Positions 36,072-47,409 are shown, numbered from the stretch's first letter. The stretch is DNA of 64,000 nucleotides from Bacteroidota bacterium (GCA_002862745.1 PKDX01000026.1:7947-71946); one strand, 5' to 3'. Program-made: numbers and translations. The notes: generated by a model from the sequence alone, not told the origin.

Positions 36072-36689
36072 ATGAAAGCTATTTTAGGAACAAAGGTTGG
36101 TATGACCAACTTTACCGATGCCGATGGTAATCGCATACCCTGCACGGTAATTAGCGCTGGTCCTTGCAGCGTAACTCAAGTGAAGACCGAAGAAACGGAT
36201 GGCTACAATGCTGTTCAAATCGGTTACGAAGACAAAAAAGAAAAACAAACGACACGTGCCATGCAAGGGCACTTCGATAAGGCGGGTGTTTCCCCGAAAC
36301 GTCACCTTGTTGAGTTACGTGACTTCGACTTCGAAAAGAACCCAGGCGACGAGCTTACGGTAGACCTTTTCGAGGAAGGGGATAAAGTAAATGTCGTGGG
36401 TACTTCAAAAGGTAAAGGTTTCCAGGGTGTTGTTAAGCGTCACGGCTTTAGTGGGGTAGGTGGCCGTACACACGGTCAGCATAACCGCGAGCGTGCACCG
36501 GGATCTATCGGTATGGCGTCGACTCCTTCTCGTGTCCTTAAAGGAATGCGAATGGGTGGTCGTACAGGAAACGAGCGCGTTACGGTGAAAAACCTAAAGG
36601 TGTTACGTATCCTTTCTGAAGATAACCTCATGGTAGTATCAGGCAATGTTCCTGGTCACAAAGGATCTACTGTATTAATCAAGGCATAA
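36072..36689 (+). CDS. rplC: 50S ribosomal protein L3
   Basis: [19 protein letters not shown] and APGSIG. Confidence 0.99.
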   Translation: MKAILGTKVGMTNFTDADGNRIPCTVISAGPCSVTQVKTEETDGYNAVQIGYEDKKEKQTTRAMQGHFDKAGVSPKRHLVELRDFDFEKNPGDELTVDLFEEGDKVNVVGTSKGKGFQGVVKRHGFSGVGGRTHGQHNRERAPGSIGMASTPSRVLKGMRMGGRTGNERVTVKNLKVLRILSEDNLMVVSGNVPGHKGSTVLIKA

Positions 36690-36693
36690 GGCA

Positions 36694-37311
36694 ATGAAAA
36701 TTGAAGTAAAAAATATTCAAGGCGAAAACGCTGGACGTAAAGTCGAATTACCATCAGACATCTTCGGTGTTGAGGTAAACGATCACGTACTCTATTTAGA
36801 GGTTAAGCGCCACTTAGCGGAATTGCGTCAAGGAACGCACAAGGTAAAAGAGCGTGGTGAGATAAAAGGCTCTACCAAGAAGATTCGCAAGCAGAAGGGT
36901 AGCGGAGGCGCCCGTTTTGGTAATATCAAAAACCCACTCTTTAGAGGTGGAGGTACGGTATTTGGTCCTCGTCCACGCAAGTACGGATTTAAACTGAACC
37001 GAAAGGTTATGGAGTTGGCCTTAAAATCTGCGTACAGCCAGAAAGCTCAAGAAAAGGCGGTAGTTGTTATTGAGGATATTGCAATGGATGCTGCCAAGAC
37101 GCAAGAGTTCGCGGCCATCCTTGAGCGACTAGGTTGCGGAGCAAAAGCGCTCTATGTCAGCCCAGAGGTACACGAAAATGTAGCACTTTCTTCTCGCAAC
37201 CTACCTAAGGCATCTACGATGTCTCTGCGAGATGTTACGACCTACGATGTTATGAATTGCCAAACACTTGTATTGAGTGAATCGGCTATCAAAGAAATGG
37301 TAAACAACTAG
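36694..37311 (+). CDS. rplD: 50S ribosomal protein L4
   Basis: RQGTH, QKGSGGAR and GGGTVFGP. Confidence 0.99.
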   Translation: MKIEVKNIQGENAGRKVELPSDIFGVEVNDHVLYLEVKRHLAELRQGTHKVKERGEIKGSTKKIRKQKGSGGARFGNIKNPLFRGGGTVFGPRPRKYGFKLNRKVMELALKSAYSQKAQEKAVVVIEDIAMDAAKTQEFAAILERLGCGAKALYVSPEVHENVALSSRNLPKASTMSLRDVTTYDVMNCQTLVLSESAIKEMVNN

Positions 37312-37313
37312 TC

Positions 37314-37616
37314 ATGCGTATTCTAGAAGATATCTTAATCAAGCCCATTGTAACGGAGAAGAGCACGGCTCTTGGTGAGAACCTTAACCGCTACTCTTTT
37401 ATCGTCCGTAAGGATGCGAACAAAATCCAAATCAAGGAGGCTGTAGAAAAAATGTATGAGGTAAGTGTAACCGAAGTGCGAACGATGGTTATGCCTGGAA
37501 AAAATAAAATTCGATACACAGCGAAAGGATTGAGTAAGGGGCGCAAGCCTTCTTTCAAAAAGGCTATTGTATCGATTGCTGAGGGAGAGGAAATCGATTT
37601 CTACAGCAACATTTAA
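37314..37616 (+). CDS. rplW: 50S ribosomal protein L23
   Basis: PIVTEKS, ANKIQIK and KKAIV. Confidence 0.98.
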   Translation: MRILEDILIKPIVTEKSTALGENLNRYSFIVRKDANKIQIKEAVEKMYEVSVTEVRTMVMPGKNKIRYTAKGLSKGRKPSFKKAIVSIAEGEEIDFYSNI

Positions 37617-37640
37617 GTAAATCACTAAGCATTAGAAGCT

Positions 37641-38465
37641 ATGGGAATGAAAAAATTCAAACCAGTTACACCAAGTGAACGTTTCCATTTAGGAAGTGAC
37701 TTCGCTGAGTTAACAACGGACAAGCCGGAGAAATCTTTGTTGGCTCCTCTCAAAAAGAGTGGTGGGCGAAACAGCAAGGGTCGCATGACAATGCGTTACC
37801 GCGGAGGAGGTCACAAGCGCCGTTATCGAATCATTGATTTCAAGCGTGATCGTTTCCATTCTCCTGCGGAAGTGCTCACTATTGAGTATGATCCAAACCG
37901 TTCTGCGCGAATCGCCTTAGTTCAGTATCCAGATAGCGAAAAGCGATACATCATCGCTCCAGCTGGGTTAAAGGTTGGTCAAAAGATTGAATCCGGTAAA
38001 GGAGTCAGTCCTGAAGTGGGTAATGCCCTATACCTTGATGAGATTCCATTAGGTACGGTAATTCACAACATTGAACTGCAGCCAGGAAAAGGTGCTGAGT
38101 TAGCAAGAAGTGCTGGTTCTTACGCACAGCTTAGTGCTCGAGAAGGTAAGTACGCTATCGTAAAGCTTCCTTCTGGTGAGACTCGTCTCATTCTAAAAAC
38201 GTGCCTAGCAACCATCGGTTCGGTCTCTAATGCTGACCACCAGTTAAAGGTATTAGGTAAGGCAGGGCGTAAGCGTTGGTTAGGGCGTCGTCCAAGAACA
38301 CGTGGTGTAGCGATGAACCCTGTAGATCACCCAATGGGTGGTGGTGAAGGCCGTCAGTCAGGAGGTCATCCAAGATCTCGTACAGGTCTTTATGCCAAAG
38401 GAAAGAAAACACGGAATCCAAATAAGGCTTCCAACCGATTTATTATTAGTAAACGTAAGAAGTAA
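37641..38465 (+). CDS. rplB: 50S ribosomal protein L2
   Basis: EYDPNRSA and [15 protein letters not shown]. Confidence 0.99.
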   Translation: MGMKKFKPVTPSERFHLGSDFAELTTDKPEKSLLAPLKKSGGRNSKGRMTMRYRGGGHKRRYRIIDFKRDRFHSPAEVLTIEYDPNRSARIALVQYPDSEKRYIIAPAGLKVGQKIESGKGVSPEVGNALYLDEIPLGTVIHNIELQPGKGAELARSAGSYAQLSAREGKYAIVKLPSGETRLILKTCLATIGSVSNADHQLKVLGKAGRKRWLGRRPRTRGVAMNPVDHPMGGGEGRQSGGHPRSRTGLYAKGKKTRNPNKASNRFIISKRKK

Positions 38466-38470
38466 TTCTC

Positions 38471-38740
38471 ATGCCAAGATCAGTCAAAAAAGGGCCGTAT
38501 GTGGCGCATAAATTGTTAAAGAAAGTCGATGCTATGAACGACTCAGGCAAGAAGTCTGTGATTAAAACATGGTCTCGAGGTTCATTAATTCTACCGGATA
38601 TGGTAGGGCATACAATCGCCGTGCACAATGGAAATAAGTTCATTCCTGTTTTCGTAACAGAAAACATGGTGGGCCATAAACTAGGTGAGTTTGCTCCTAC
38701 GCGAACATTTAAAGGTCACTCTTCGAAAAAGCTTAATTAA
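38471..38740 (+). CDS. rpsS: 30S ribosomal protein S19
   Basis: RSVKKGP and [11 protein letters not shown]. Confidence 0.99.
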   Translation: MPRSVKKGPYVAHKLLKKVDAMNDSGKKSVIKTWSRGSLILPDMVGHTIAVHNGNKFIPVFVTENMVGHKLGEFAPTRTFKGHSSKKLN

Positions 38741-38745
38741 GAATT

Positions 38746-39195
38746 ATGGGTAAGCGTAAAAGAGAAATGGCAGCAGCCATCAAAGAATCTCGCAAATCAG
38801 TCTTTGTTGCTAAAGGAAGTTATCCGTCGTCTCCACGCAAAATGCGTTTAGTAGTGGATCTCATCCGAGGTAAAAGTGTAGAAGAAGCATTATATATTCT
38901 CAAGTTCTCTAAGCAAGAAGCTAGTGAGAAGTTAGAAAAGCTTATCCTATCTGCAATTAACAATTTCGAGCAAAAGACAGGAGAGCGTCCAGAGGAGTAT
39001 GGTCTTTTTATCAAAGAGATTATGTGCGGCGGTGGTCGCATGCTAAAGCGCTTTAGGCCAGCACCTCAAGGAAGAGCTCACCGTATTAGAAAACGCTCCA
39101 ATCATGTAACCGTTGTTTTGGGTACAACCAAAGAGTTGCCAAATCAACAAGTGGAAGCAGTGGTTGAGGAATCAGAGACGGCAGAAACTGAATAG
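38746..39195 (+). CDS. rplV: 50S ribosomal protein L22
   Basis: SPRKMRLV and PAPQGRAHRIRKRSNH; short acidic tail. Confidence 0.98.
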   Translation: MGKRKREMAAAIKESRKSVFVAKGSYPSSPRKMRLVVDLIRGKSVEEALYILKFSKQEASEKLEKLILSAINNFEQKTGERPEEYGLFIKEIMCGGGRMLKRFRPAPQGRAHRIRKRSNHVTVVLGTTKELPNQQVEAVVEESETAETE

Positions 39196-39257
39196 AAAGA
39201 AAACGTATTTAAACATTGAAAGACAGGTTAATAGAACGTAAATATTAAATTTTGTTC

Positions 39258-39287
39258 GGAAGGCAAATCTCCGTAATTTCGCCTTCC
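39258..39287 (+). other. Stem-loop in the 109-bp rplV-rpsC spacer
   Basis: GGAAGGC-AAAT-(CTCCGTA)-ATTT-C-GCCTTCC, with no U tract on the coding strand. Confidence 0.55.
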
Positions 39288-39304
39288 CTTAAAAAACAAG
39301 GAAT

Positions 39305-40018
39305 ATGGGTCAAAAAACAAATCCAATAGCGAATCGTCTCGGGGTCATCCGAGGATGGGATTCTAATTGGTTCGCCGATAAGAAAACGTCAAGTGCAAAA
39401 CTCGTCGAAGATGAGAAGATTCGCGAGTACTTACACGCACGTATTTCTAAAGGCGGAATTGCCCGTATTATCATCGAGCGCACACTCAAAAGAGTGACGG
39501 TAACCATCTCAACTTCTCGTCCTGGAATCATCATTGGTAAAGGGGGTTCTGAAGTAGATCGTCTGCGCGAAGAGCTTAAAAAGCTTACTAAAAAAGATGT
39601 TCAAATCAACATCATTGAAATCCGTCGTCCTGAACTTGATGCGAATATTGTAGCGGAAGGTATCGCGAAGCAGCTTGAAGCTCGTGTTAATTTCCGTCGC
39701 GCTTGTAAAATGGCTGTTGCCTCTACGATGCGTATGGGAGCTGAGGGAATCAAGGTCCGTGTTTCCGGTCGTTTGGGCGGTGCTGAAATGAGCCGTGTGG
39801 AAGAGTATAAAGATGGCCGAACGCCTTTACATACTTTCCGTGCAGATATTGATTATTCACTTAAAGTGGCTCAAACAATCTACGGAAAGATTGGAGTCAA
39901 AGTGTGGATTTGTAAAGGAGAGGTTCTTGGTAAAAGAGACCTTACCCCAATACTTGATAAGAAACCTAAATCAAAGCGTGATCGCGGCAGCCGTCGACCA
40001 CGTAGACAAAATCAGTAA
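39305..40018 (+). CDS. rpsC: 30S ribosomal protein S3
   Basis: [17 protein letters not shown] and GRLGGAE. Confidence 0.99.
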   Translation: MGQKTNPIANRLGVIRGWDSNWFADKKTSSAKLVEDEKIREYLHARISKGGIARIIIERTLKRVTVTISTSRPGIIIGKGGSEVDRLREELKKLTKKDVQINIIEIRRPELDANIVAEGIAKQLEARVNFRRACKMAVASTMRMGAEGIKVRVSGRLGGAEMSRVEEYKDGRTPLHTFRADIDYSLKVAQTIYGKIGVKVWICKGEVLGKRDLTPILDKKPKSKRDRGSRRPRRQNQ

Positions 40019-40020
40019 CG

Positions 40021-40443
40021 ATGTTATTACCTAAAAGAGTCAAATGGCGCAAGCAGCAGAAAGGGCGCATGAAGGGAAACGCAGGACGAGGACATACCGT
40101 TGATTTCGGTAGCTATGGTCTAAAGTCTTTGGATTCTCACTGGATCACCAATCGTCAGATTGAGTCAGCTCGTGTTGCCTTAACGCGTTACATGAAGAGG
40201 GAAGGAAAAGTATGGATACGAATCTTTCCAGACAAGCCCTACACTCGTAAGCCTTTAGAGGTACGTATGGGTAAGGGTAAAGGTGCTCCAGAAGGATGGG
40301 TGGCTGTTGTAAAACCAGGTCGTATCCTTTTCGAAGTGGATGGCGTCCCAGCAGACGTAGCGCGTGAAGCTCTGAGACTTGCTGCACAGAAGCTTCCGGT
40401 GAGAACAAAAACAGTTACACGAATCGATCACGTAGAAAAATAA
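40021..40443 (+). CDS. rplP: 50S ribosomal protein L16
   Basis: MLLPKR and RMGKGKG. Confidence 0.99.
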   Translation: MLLPKRVKWRKQQKGRMKGNAGRGHTVDFGSYGLKSLDSHWITNRQIESARVALTRYMKREGKVWIRIFPDKPYTRKPLEVRMGKGKGAPEGWVAVVKPGRILFEVDGVPADVAREALRLAAQKLPVRTKTVTRIDHVEK

Positions 40444-40447
40444 TATC

Positions 40448-40657
40448 ATGGCGGTACGAAAAGAAGATATAGCTGATTTATCCCCTGCTGAGCTTGTAGA
40501 GCGCATCCAAGAGGAGAAGCGTATGCTCCAGAAGCTGCGTTTCAACCATGAGGTGTCGTCGATCGACAATCCCATGAAAATCCGTGACAGCAGACGAGAT
40601 ATTGCTCGTTTAATGACGGAATACAATCGTAGAAAAAATGCAAATACTGAATCATGA
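40448..40657 (+). CDS. rpmC: 50S ribosomal protein L29
   Basis: LRF...NPMKIR..RRDIAR and position in the operon. Confidence 0.95.
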   Translation: MAVRKEDIADLSPAELVERIQEEKRMLQKLRFNHEVSSIDNPMKIRDSRRDIARLMTEYNRRKNANTES

Positions 40658-40926
40658 GCAGTGAACAGACATTAACACGCAATCTTCGTAAGACGCGTAT
40701 TGGAATTATCACCAGTGACAAAATGGAAAAGACCATTACAGTTGCTGTTGAGCGTCGCGTTAAGCACCCACTCTATGGGAAGTTTATGAAGAAGACAAAG
40801 AAGTATCATGCCCATGATGAAGAGAATACGGCCCGCATTGGGGATCGTGTGCGCATTATGGAAACGCGTCCCTTGAGCAAAAGCAAGAGATGGCGCTTGG
40901 TAGAAGTTATAGAACGCGCGAAATAA
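40654..40926 (+). CDS. rpsQ: 30S ribosomal protein S17
   Basis: SDKMEKT, HPLYGK and ETRPLSKSK. Confidence 0.99.
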   Translation: MSSEQTLTRNLRKTRIGIITSDKMEKTITVAVERRVKHPLYGKFMKKTKKYHAHDEENTARIGDRVRIMETRPLSKSKRWRLVEVIERAK

Positions 40927-40932
40927 AAGACA

Positions 40933-41301
40933 ATGTTACAGCAAGAGTCAAGAGCAAATGTCGCAGACAACAGTGGAGCTAAGGAAGTTCTCGTCATCAA
41001 GGTGTTAGGCGGGTCAAAGCGCCGCTACGCTTCTATTGGTGACCAAGTAGTTGTTACGGTTAAGAAGGCCATGCCTTCTGGTAACGCTAAAAAAGGAACG
41101 GTACATAAGGCGGTTGTCGTGCGCACTAAAAAAGCGATTAAAAGAAAAGATGGATCTCATATCCGTTTTGATGAGAATGCTGTGGTGTTACTCAATCAAG
41201 GAGGAGACCTCAGAGGTACACGTATTTTCGGCCCTGTAGCTCGCGAGCTGCGTGAGTCGGATTTCATGCGTATTGTTTCACTTGCACCTGAGGTGCTTTA
41301 A
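40933..41301 (+). CDS. rplN: 50S ribosomal protein L14
   Basis: VADNSGAK and [12 protein letters not shown]. Confidence 0.99.
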   Translation: MLQQESRANVADNSGAKEVLVIKVLGGSKRRYASIGDQVVVTVKKAMPSGNAKKGTVHKAVVVRTKKAIKRKDGSHIRFDENAVVLLNQGGDLRGTRIFGPVARELRESDFMRIVSLAPEVL

Positions 41302-41310
41302 TCCTACGTC

Positions 41311-41643
41311 ATGGCAAGAGGAAGGTTCGAAAACAAAATGAAGATTAAAAAAGGTGACCAGGTAGTGGTTATCGCTGGAGTAAGTAAGGGAGCAAAAGGA
41401 GAAGTCCTTGAAGTATATCCTGATAAGTCTAAGGTGCTCGTCGATGAGGTAAACATGATCTCTAAGCACGAAAAACCGAATGCAAAGAATCCAGAAGGAG
41501 GTATAGTAAAAAAGCCAGCACCAATTCATGTTTCTAATGTTATGCTGATTGATCCGAGTTCGGGAGAACCAACACGGATTTCTCTTCAGCGTGACGAGAA
41601 TGGTGTGAAGCGTATTGCTAAAAAATCAGGTCAAGAAATATAA
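41311..41643 (+). CDS. rplX: 50S ribosomal protein L24
   Basis: IKKGDQV and APIHVSNV. Confidence 0.98.
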   Translation: MARGRFENKMKIKKGDQVVVIAGVSKGAKGEVLEVYPDKSKVLVDEVNMISKHEKPNAKNPEGGIVKKPAPIHVSNVMLIDPSSGEPTRISLQRDENGVKRIAKKSGQEI

Positions 41644-41655
41644 AGTCAGGTTATC

Positions 41656-42207
41656 ATGAGTACGCATACACCCAACTTACAGACAAAATATAAAGAAGAA
41701 GTAGCTCCTGCCTTAATGGAGACTTTCGGTTATTCTTCACCTATGGCGATTCCTCGTCTATTGAAGATTAACCTTAACCAAGGAGTTAATGGTGCTGTAA
41801 CCGACAAGAAGTTGGTTCAGTCAGCGGTAGAAGAGATGTCTTTAATCGCTGGTCAACGCGCTGTGTCTACGATTGCAAAGAAGTCGGTCTCTAACTTCAA
41901 ACTAAGAGAAGGGATGCCGATTGGTGCCAAGGTTACCTTGCGCCGCACCAACATGTATGAATTCCTCGAGCGCTTAGTCTGTGTTGCCCTACCGCGAGTC
42001 CGTGACTTCCGTGGAGTAAGCGACAAGGGTTTTGATGGCCGTGGAAACTTCACTATGGGAATCAAGGAGCAAATCATTTTCCCGGAGATAGTGGTCGATA
42101 AAATCTCCAACATCAATGGTATGGATGTAACATTTGTAACATCAGCCAAGACAGATAAGGAGGCATATGAATTGTTAAAACTTATGGGAATTCCCTTTAA
42201 AAAATAA
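41656..42207 (+). CDS. rplE: 50S ribosomal protein L5
   Basis: [19 protein letters not shown] and EQIIFPEI. Confidence 0.99.
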   Translation: MSTHTPNLQTKYKEEVAPALMETFGYSSPMAIPRLLKINLNQGVNGAVTDKKLVQSAVEEMSLIAGQRAVSTIAKKSVSNFKLREGMPIGAKVTLRRTNMYEFLERLVCVALPRVRDFRGVSDKGFDGRGNFTMGIKEQIIFPEIVVDKISNINGMDVTFVTSAKTDKEAYELLKLMGIPFKK

Positions 42208-42209
42208 TT

Positions 42210-42479
42210 ATGGCTAGAAAATCAGTACAAGCACGTCAGGCAAAGCGAGAAAGGCTCGTTGCAAAATTTGCTGAACGTAGAGCTCAGCTCAAGGCAGAAG
42301 GTGATTATGAGGGCTTGGATAAGCTTCCTAAAAATGCTTCTCCTGTGCGTCTCAAAAATCGTTGCGGTATCACTGGGCGTGGTAAGGGATACATCCGATT
42401 CTTTGGAATCTCGCGTGTCAAGTTCCGTGAACTAGCCTCTGATGGTAAAATCCCAGGAGTTAAAAAATCAAGTTGGTAA
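42210..42479 (+). CDS. rpsN: 30S ribosomal protein S14 (89-aa, Zn-ribbon-less type)
   Basis: [16 protein letters not shown] and IPGVKKSSW. Confidence 0.99.
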   Translation: MARKSVQARQAKRERLVAKFAERRAQLKAEGDYEGLDKLPKNASPVRLKNRCGITGRGKGYIRFFGISRVKFRELASDGKIPGVKKSSW

Positions 42480-42500
42480 ACCACCACAAAGTAGAATATC

Positions 42501-42902
42501 ATGAATACAGATACTATAGCTGACTTTCTTACACGAATACGTAACGCTCAAATGGCGGGACATCGTGTCGTTGAAATTCCTTCTTCTAACGTGAAGAAAC
42601 GCATGACGGAGATCTTGTACGATCAAGGGTATATTTTCAAGTATACCTTCGAAGAGAATGTTATCGGAACACAGGGAGTTATCAAGATAGCCCTTAAGTA
42701 CGATACGAACAATGTACCTGTCATCCGTGCGCTAAAGCGTTCTAGTCGACCTGGTAGAAGAAACTACTCAGCTTCAGCTGATATACCGCACGTTCTTAAT
42801 GGACTAGGCATTGCTATTGTTTCCACGTCGAAGGGTATTATGACGGATAAAGAAGCGCGAGCAATGAATGTCGGTGGTGAAATTTTGTGTGAAATATATT
42901 AA
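42501..42902 (+). CDS. rpsH: 30S ribosomal protein S8
   Basis: [19 protein letters not shown] and STSKG. Confidence 0.99.
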   Translation: MNTDTIADFLTRIRNAQMAGHRVVEIPSSNVKKRMTEILYDQGYIFKYTFEENVIGTQGVIKIALKYDTNNVPVIRALKRSSRPGRRNYSASADIPHVLNGLGIAIVSTSKGIMTDKEARAMNVGGEILCEIY

Positions 42903-42913
42903 TCGAGGAAGTC

Positions 42914-43465
42914 ATGTCACGAATAGGAAATGCACCCATTAGTTTACCGGAAGGCGTCGAGGTTAAAGTCGACGGAGCTGCGGTATCAGTAAAGGGAAAA
43001 AAAGGTGAGCTTTTTCAAGAGATCGATCGAGACCTCTCTATCGAAATTGCGGATAATGTTCTTACAGTAAAGCGTCCAACAGATCAAAAACGCCACAAGG
43101 CGCTGCATGGTCTTTATCGATCATTAATCAGCAATATGGTGGTTGGTGTTTCTGAGGGATACAAAATTGAGCTCGAATTAGTCGGGGTAGGTTTCCGTGC
43201 AAGCAATTCAGGCCAAGTGCTTGAAATGTCATTAGGTTTTTCTCACCCAGTAGTCTTTTTGATTCCTGCGGAAGTCAAAGTGACTACGGAAATGAAGAAA
43301 GGTTCACCTCCGTTAGTGATTCTTGAGTCCAACGATAAACAATTAATTGGTCAGGTTGCAGCTCGCATCCGTTCTATTCGTAAGCCAGAGCCATACAAAG
43401 GCAAAGGTATTCGCTTCAAAGGTGAAGTTCTACGACGTAAGGAAGGTAAAACTGCTGCTAAATAA
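42914..43465 (+). CDS. rplF: 50S ribosomal protein L6
   Basis: MSRIG and PEPYKGKGI. Confidence 0.99.
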   Translation: MSRIGNAPISLPEGVEVKVDGAAVSVKGKKGELFQEIDRDLSIEIADNVLTVKRPTDQKRHKALHGLYRSLISNMVVGVSEGYKIELELVGVGFRASNSGQVLEMSLGFSHPVVFLIPAEVKVTTEMKKGSPPLVILESNDKQLIGQVAARIRSIRKPEPYKGKGIRFKGEVLRRKEGKTAAK

Positions 43466-43471
43466 TAGAAT

Positions 43472-43819
43472 ATGGCATCGACAAAGATTTCAAAAAGAAA
43501 ACGCATCCGTCTCGGACTACGTCGAAAAATTAAAGGCACGGCTGAACGCCCCCGTCTTTCTGTTTTTCGAAGCAACAAGTTTATCTACGCGCAGTTGATC
43601 GACGACTTGACAGGAACTACGCTGGCAACGGCAAGTAGTCGTGAGCTTAATGGTGGTGGCGATAAGGCAGGTCAATCGGCTGAAGTTGGAAAAGCAATTG
43701 CCGAGCGTGCAAAAAAAGTAGGAATTGACACCGTGGTATTTGACCGTGGTGGCTATCAGTATCATGGTCGCGTGAAGTCTCTCGCTGAGGGGGCACGTGA
43801 AGGAGGTCTAAAATTTTAA
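43472..43819 (+). CDS. rplR: 50S ribosomal protein L18
   Basis: [10 protein letters not shown] and FDRGGY.YHGRV. Confidence 0.99.
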   Translation: MASTKISKRKRIRLGLRRKIKGTAERPRLSVFRSNKFIYAQLIDDLTGTTLATASSRELNGGGDKAGQSAEVGKAIAERAKKVGIDTVVFDRGGYQYHGRVKSLAEGAREGGLKF

Positions 43820-43828
43820 TTAAAAGAT

Positions 43829-44347
43829 ATGTCGAATTCATCGTCAAGTATGTTACGCGCAGCAGAAATCGAACTCCAAGAAAAGGTAGTTGCCATCCGT
43901 CGTGTAGCTAAGGTTACCAAGGGGGGACGTACTTTTTCTTTCAGTGCACTTGTTGTAGTAGGGAATAAGGATGGTGTCGTAGGATACGGCACGGGTAAAT
44001 CACGTGAAGTAACTGGAGCTATTCAAAAAGGTATTGATGACGCGAAGAAAAATCTTCAACGTGTACACATCATTCGTGACACGATTCCTCACGAGCAGCT
44101 CGGTAAGTTCGGAGCAGCGAAGGTTCTTTTGAAGCCGGCTTCTGGTGGTACAGGAGTTATTGCAGGAGGTGCTATGCGCGCTGTCCTTGAGGCTGCAGGT
44201 ATCAAGAACGTTCTTGCTAAGTCACAAGGTTCGACCAATCCAGGTAACGTGATTGGAGCGACACTTGATGCCTTAAATAAGATGAGAGATCCTTACACTG
44301 TGGCTAAGGACCGTGGTATTGAGTTAACTAAAGTATTTAACGGATAA
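43829..44347 (+). CDS. rpsE: 30S ribosomal protein S5
   Basis: [10 protein letters not shown] and GTGVIAGG. Confidence 0.99.
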   Translation: MSNSSSSMLRAAEIELQEKVVAIRRVAKVTKGGRTFSFSALVVVGNKDGVVGYGTGKSREVTGAIQKGIDDAKKNLQRVHIIRDTIPHEQLGKFGAAKVLLKPASGGTGVIAGGAMRAVLEAAGIKNVLAKSQGSTNPGNVIGATLDALNKMRDPYTVAKDRGIELTKVFNG

Positions 44348-44349
44348 TC

Positions 44350-44529
44350 ATGAGCAAGTTAAGAGTTACCCAGGTACGCAGTATCATTGATCGTCCGGAG
44401 CGTCAGAAGCGCACGATGAAAGCGATCGGCTTGCGTAAAATGAATCAAACAGTAGAAGTAGCCAATACTCCAGAAATGAAGGGTATGATCGCTTCTGTTG
44501 CCCATTTGCTAAAAGTAGAAGAAGTATAA
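44350..44529 (+). CDS. rpmD: 50S ribosomal protein L30 (absent from ORF track)
   Basis: Translated by hand: MSKLRVTQVRSIIDRPERQKRTMKAIGLRKMNQTVEVANTPEMKGMIASVAHLLKVEEV, between rpsE and rplO. Confidence 0.97.
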   Translation: MSKLRVTQVRSIIDRPERQKRTMKAIGLRKMNQTVEVANTPEMKGMIASVAHLLKVEEV

Positions 44530-44530
44530 G

Positions 44531-44983
44531 ATGGCATTAAACAAGTTAACACCAGCGAAAGGCTCGCTTCACAATAGCAAGCGTGTAGGACGTGGACAAG
44601 GTTCAGGTAAAGGCGGTACGTCTAAGCGTGGACATAACGGTGCTCAGTCGAGATCAGGTTATTCAAGAAAGATCGGTTTCGAAGGAGGTCAGATGCCTAT
44701 CCAACGACGTCTTCCAAAGCGTGGATTTAAGAATCCTTTCCGCACACAGTATGCGGCAATGAACTTAAGCATGGTAGAACACTATGCTGAGAAGTTTGGT
44801 GTCAAGGAGTTAAGTGTAGACTTCTTGCGCGATATGAATATCATACAGAAATCAGAACTCGTAAAGTTGTTGGGTAATGGAGAGTTGACAAAACCTATCC
44901 AAGTTAAATTCCACGCTGCGAGTAAAAAGGCCCTTGAGAAACTTGAGGCTGCTGGTGGATCATTTGAAAAGGTAGAAGCATAA
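44531..44983 (+). CDS. rplO: 50S ribosomal protein L15
   Basis: RVGRGQGSG and GFEGGQMP. Confidence 0.99.
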   Translation: MALNKLTPAKGSLHNSKRVGRGQGSGKGGTSKRGHNGAQSRSGYSRKIGFEGGQMPIQRRLPKRGFKNPFRTQYAAMNLSMVEHYAEKFGVKELSVDFLRDMNIIQKSELVKLLGNGELTKPIQVKFHAASKKALEKLEAAGGSFEKVEA

Positions 44984-44992
44984 TCAACGACT

Positions 44993-46336
44993 GTGAAATT
45001 CCTACAAACCTTACAAAACATTTGGAAAATTGACGATTTACGTCAGAAAATCCTGTATACGCTGGGTCTCATCCTTGTGTTTAGAATAGGTACGTATATC
45101 CTTTTACCAGGAATTAATCCTTTCCCTGCAACGCCAGCCGCTCAAGACAACGGGGGTATTGCTGGGCTACTTAATATTTTCGCAGGAGGTGCTTTTTCAA
45201 GAGCATCAATTTTGGCATTAGGTATTATGCCTTACATCAGTGCGAGTATTGCAATTCAGCTGTTGACCATTGCCGTCCCTTACTTTCAAAAACTACAGAA
45301 AGAGGGCGAGAGCGGTCGACGTACAATCAATCAAATCACTCGTTATCTCACGGTAGGAGTTACATTACTTCAGGGCTTTGGCTACTTAGCCTATTTACGC
45401 TCTATTGGTATGGGACCAGAGCCCGGTGTTATGAGTGACATGACATTCCGTATCAGTTCTATGGTAATCTTGAGTGCCGGTACGTTATTTGCTATGTGGA
45501 TTGGTGAGCGTATCACCGATGGAGGGATTGGTAATGGTATCTCGATTCTTATTATGATTGGAATCTTGGCAGAATTACCGGGAGCCATTGTTCGGGAGTT
45601 TACTCGCTTATTAGGCGGTGAAGGCGGTGGAATGATCTTCTTTGTGGTTGAGACAGCGGTGCTCTTCTCTATTGTTATGGTGGTTATTCTATTGGTACAA
45701 GGGACACGAAGAATTCCAATTCAGTATGCTAAACGAAATGTAATGCGCGGTGGTCGTATGATGCAAGCGGGTGGTGTACGTCAGTATCTACCGATGAAGG
45801 TTAACGCTTCTGGGGTAATGCCGATCATCTTTGCTCAGGCCATCATGTTTGTTCCAGGAACGATTGCTTCCTATGCCGGCTCAAACAGCGTATTCTTAAA
45901 CAATTTATCAAACCCAATGCATTGGTCGTACAGCTTAATCACATTTTTCTTAGTGGTTGGTTTCACCTATTTTTATACTGCATTGGTGGTTAATCCAAAA
46001 CAAATCGCCGACCAGCTCAAAAAAGATGGTGGTTTTATTCCAGGCGTTAAACCTGGTCGTAAAACCGAAGAGTACGTCGATAACGTTATTTCTCGCATCA
46101 CACTACCGGGTTCATTATTCCTAGGTATTGTAGCGATTCTTCCAGCATTTGCAATGCTTGCTGGAGTAGATCAAAATTTTGCACTGTTTTTTGGAGGGAC
46201 GTCTTTACTTATCGCAGTAGCGGTAATTCTAGATACGCTTCAACAAGTGGAAAGTCATTTATTATCACGTCACTATGACGGCTTGACTAAGTCTGGGCGG
46301 ATTAAAGGACGTCAAGGGGTAGGTGCGGCGTTTTAG
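44993..46336 (+). CDS. secY: Preprotein translocase SecY
   Basis: LGIMPYISASI, GIGNGIS, GVMPIIFA and IPGVKPG; GTG start. Confidence 0.99.
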   Translation: MKFLQTLQNIWKIDDLRQKILYTLGLILVFRIGTYILLPGINPFPATPAAQDNGGIAGLLNIFAGGAFSRASILALGIMPYISASIAIQLLTIAVPYFQKLQKEGESGRRTINQITRYLTVGVTLLQGFGYLAYLRSIGMGPEPGVMSDMTFRISSMVILSAGTLFAMWIGERITDGGIGNGISILIMIGILAELPGAIVREFTRLLGGEGGGMIFFVVETAVLFSIVMVVILLVQGTRRIPIQYAKRNVMRGGRMMQAGGVRQYLPMKVNASGVMPIIFAQAIMFVPGTIASYAGSNSVFLNNLSNPMHWSYSLITFFLVVGFTYFYTALVVNPKQIADQLKKDGGFIPGVKPGRKTEEYVDNVISRITLPGSLFLGIVAILPAFAMLAGVDQNFALFFGGTSLLIAVAVILDTLQQVESHLLSRHYDGLTKSGRIKGRQGVGAAF

Positions 46337-47154
46337 TGATGGTGATTAAATCGGTGGAGGAGGTAGAGGTTCTTCGAAAGAGTTCTTTATTAGTATCGAA
46401 GACTTTAGCAGAAATTGCCAAGCATATTAAACCTGGTGTAACAGGGCTTGAGTTAGACAAGATCGCTGAGGATTTCCTCAAGGATCACGGAGCTAGCCCA
46501 AGTTTCAAAGGATACAATGGGTTTCCTAATGCTTTGTGTATATCTGTCAATGATGAAGTGGTGCACGGGATACCCAATGACAAAGCCTTCCAAGAGGGGG
46601 ATGTCGTCTCGGTTGACTGTGGAGCCTACATGAACGGGTTTCATGGGGATCAGGCGTTTTCCTTTGCATTAGCAGGGGCTACGCAGGAAGTCATAAAGCT
46701 TCTGAGAGTAACGCGTAGATCGCTTGAGCTCGGAGTTGAAAAGGCAACTTCTTCAAATCGCGTTGGTGATATTGGATATGCAGTGCAAAACTTCTGTGAA
46801 AGACAGCATGGATATGGTGTCGTGCGAGAGCTCGTTGGTCATGGGCTTGGAAGTTCAATACATGAGGAACCTGAGATTCCCAATTTTGGACGGAAAGGAT
46901 ATGGTCGTCGCCTCTTAAATGGATTGGTTATAGCCATTGAGCCAATGATTAATCTAGGGAGTCGAAGAGTTCGTTTGGCAAAAGATGGTTGGACGATTAA
47001 GACGGCCGATGGCAAACCGAGCGCACACTTTGAACATGATGTTGCGGTAGGACCCAAAGCGGATATCTTAACTACGTTTAATCTCGTAGATGAGGCGATC
47101 GCAAAAAATGAAAATGTAATTGAAGTCCCAAGTTGGGATGGAGAAGAAGAATAA
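46336..47154 (+). CDS. map: Methionine aminopeptidase type I
   Basis: CISVNDEVVHGIP, VGHGLG..IHEEP, AIEPMI and SAHFEH. Start is GTG 46336 or ATG 46339. Confidence 0.97.
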   Translation: MMVIKSVEEVEVLRKSSLLVSKTLAEIAKHIKPGVTGLELDKIAEDFLKDHGASPSFKGYNGFPNALCISVNDEVVHGIPNDKAFQEGDVVSVDCGAYMNGFHGDQAFSFALAGATQEVIKLLRVTRRSLELGVEKATSSNRVGDIGYAVQNFCERQHGYGVVRELVGHGLGSSIHEEPEIPNFGRKGYGRRLLNGLVIAIEPMINLGSRRVRLAKDGWTIKTADGKPSAHFEHDVAVGPKADILTTFNLVDEAIAKNENVIEVPSWDGEEE

Positions 47155-47185
47155 AAGGAAAACATCTCATAAAGAATAAAAGGAT

Positions 47186-47407
47186 ATGAGTAAACAAGGA
47201 TTGATAAAACAAGATGGGGTGATCACTGAGTCACTTTCCAATGCCATGTTCCGTGTGCAGTTGGAAAATGGGCATATCATTACCGCCCACATTTCTGGTA
47301 AGATGCGTATGTACTACATCAAAATCCTTCCAGGTGACAAAGTATCCGTTGAGATGTCTCCTTATGATTTAGATAAAGGAAGAATAACCTACAGATTTAA
47401 AAGCTAG
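47186..47407 (+). CDS. infA: Translation initiation factor IF-1
   Basis: HISGKMR and [10 protein letters not shown]. Confidence 0.99.
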   Translation: MSKQGLIKQDGVITESLSNAMFRVQLENGHIITAHISGKMRMYYIKILPGDKVSVEMSPYDLDKGRITYRFKS

Positions 47408-47409
47408 AC

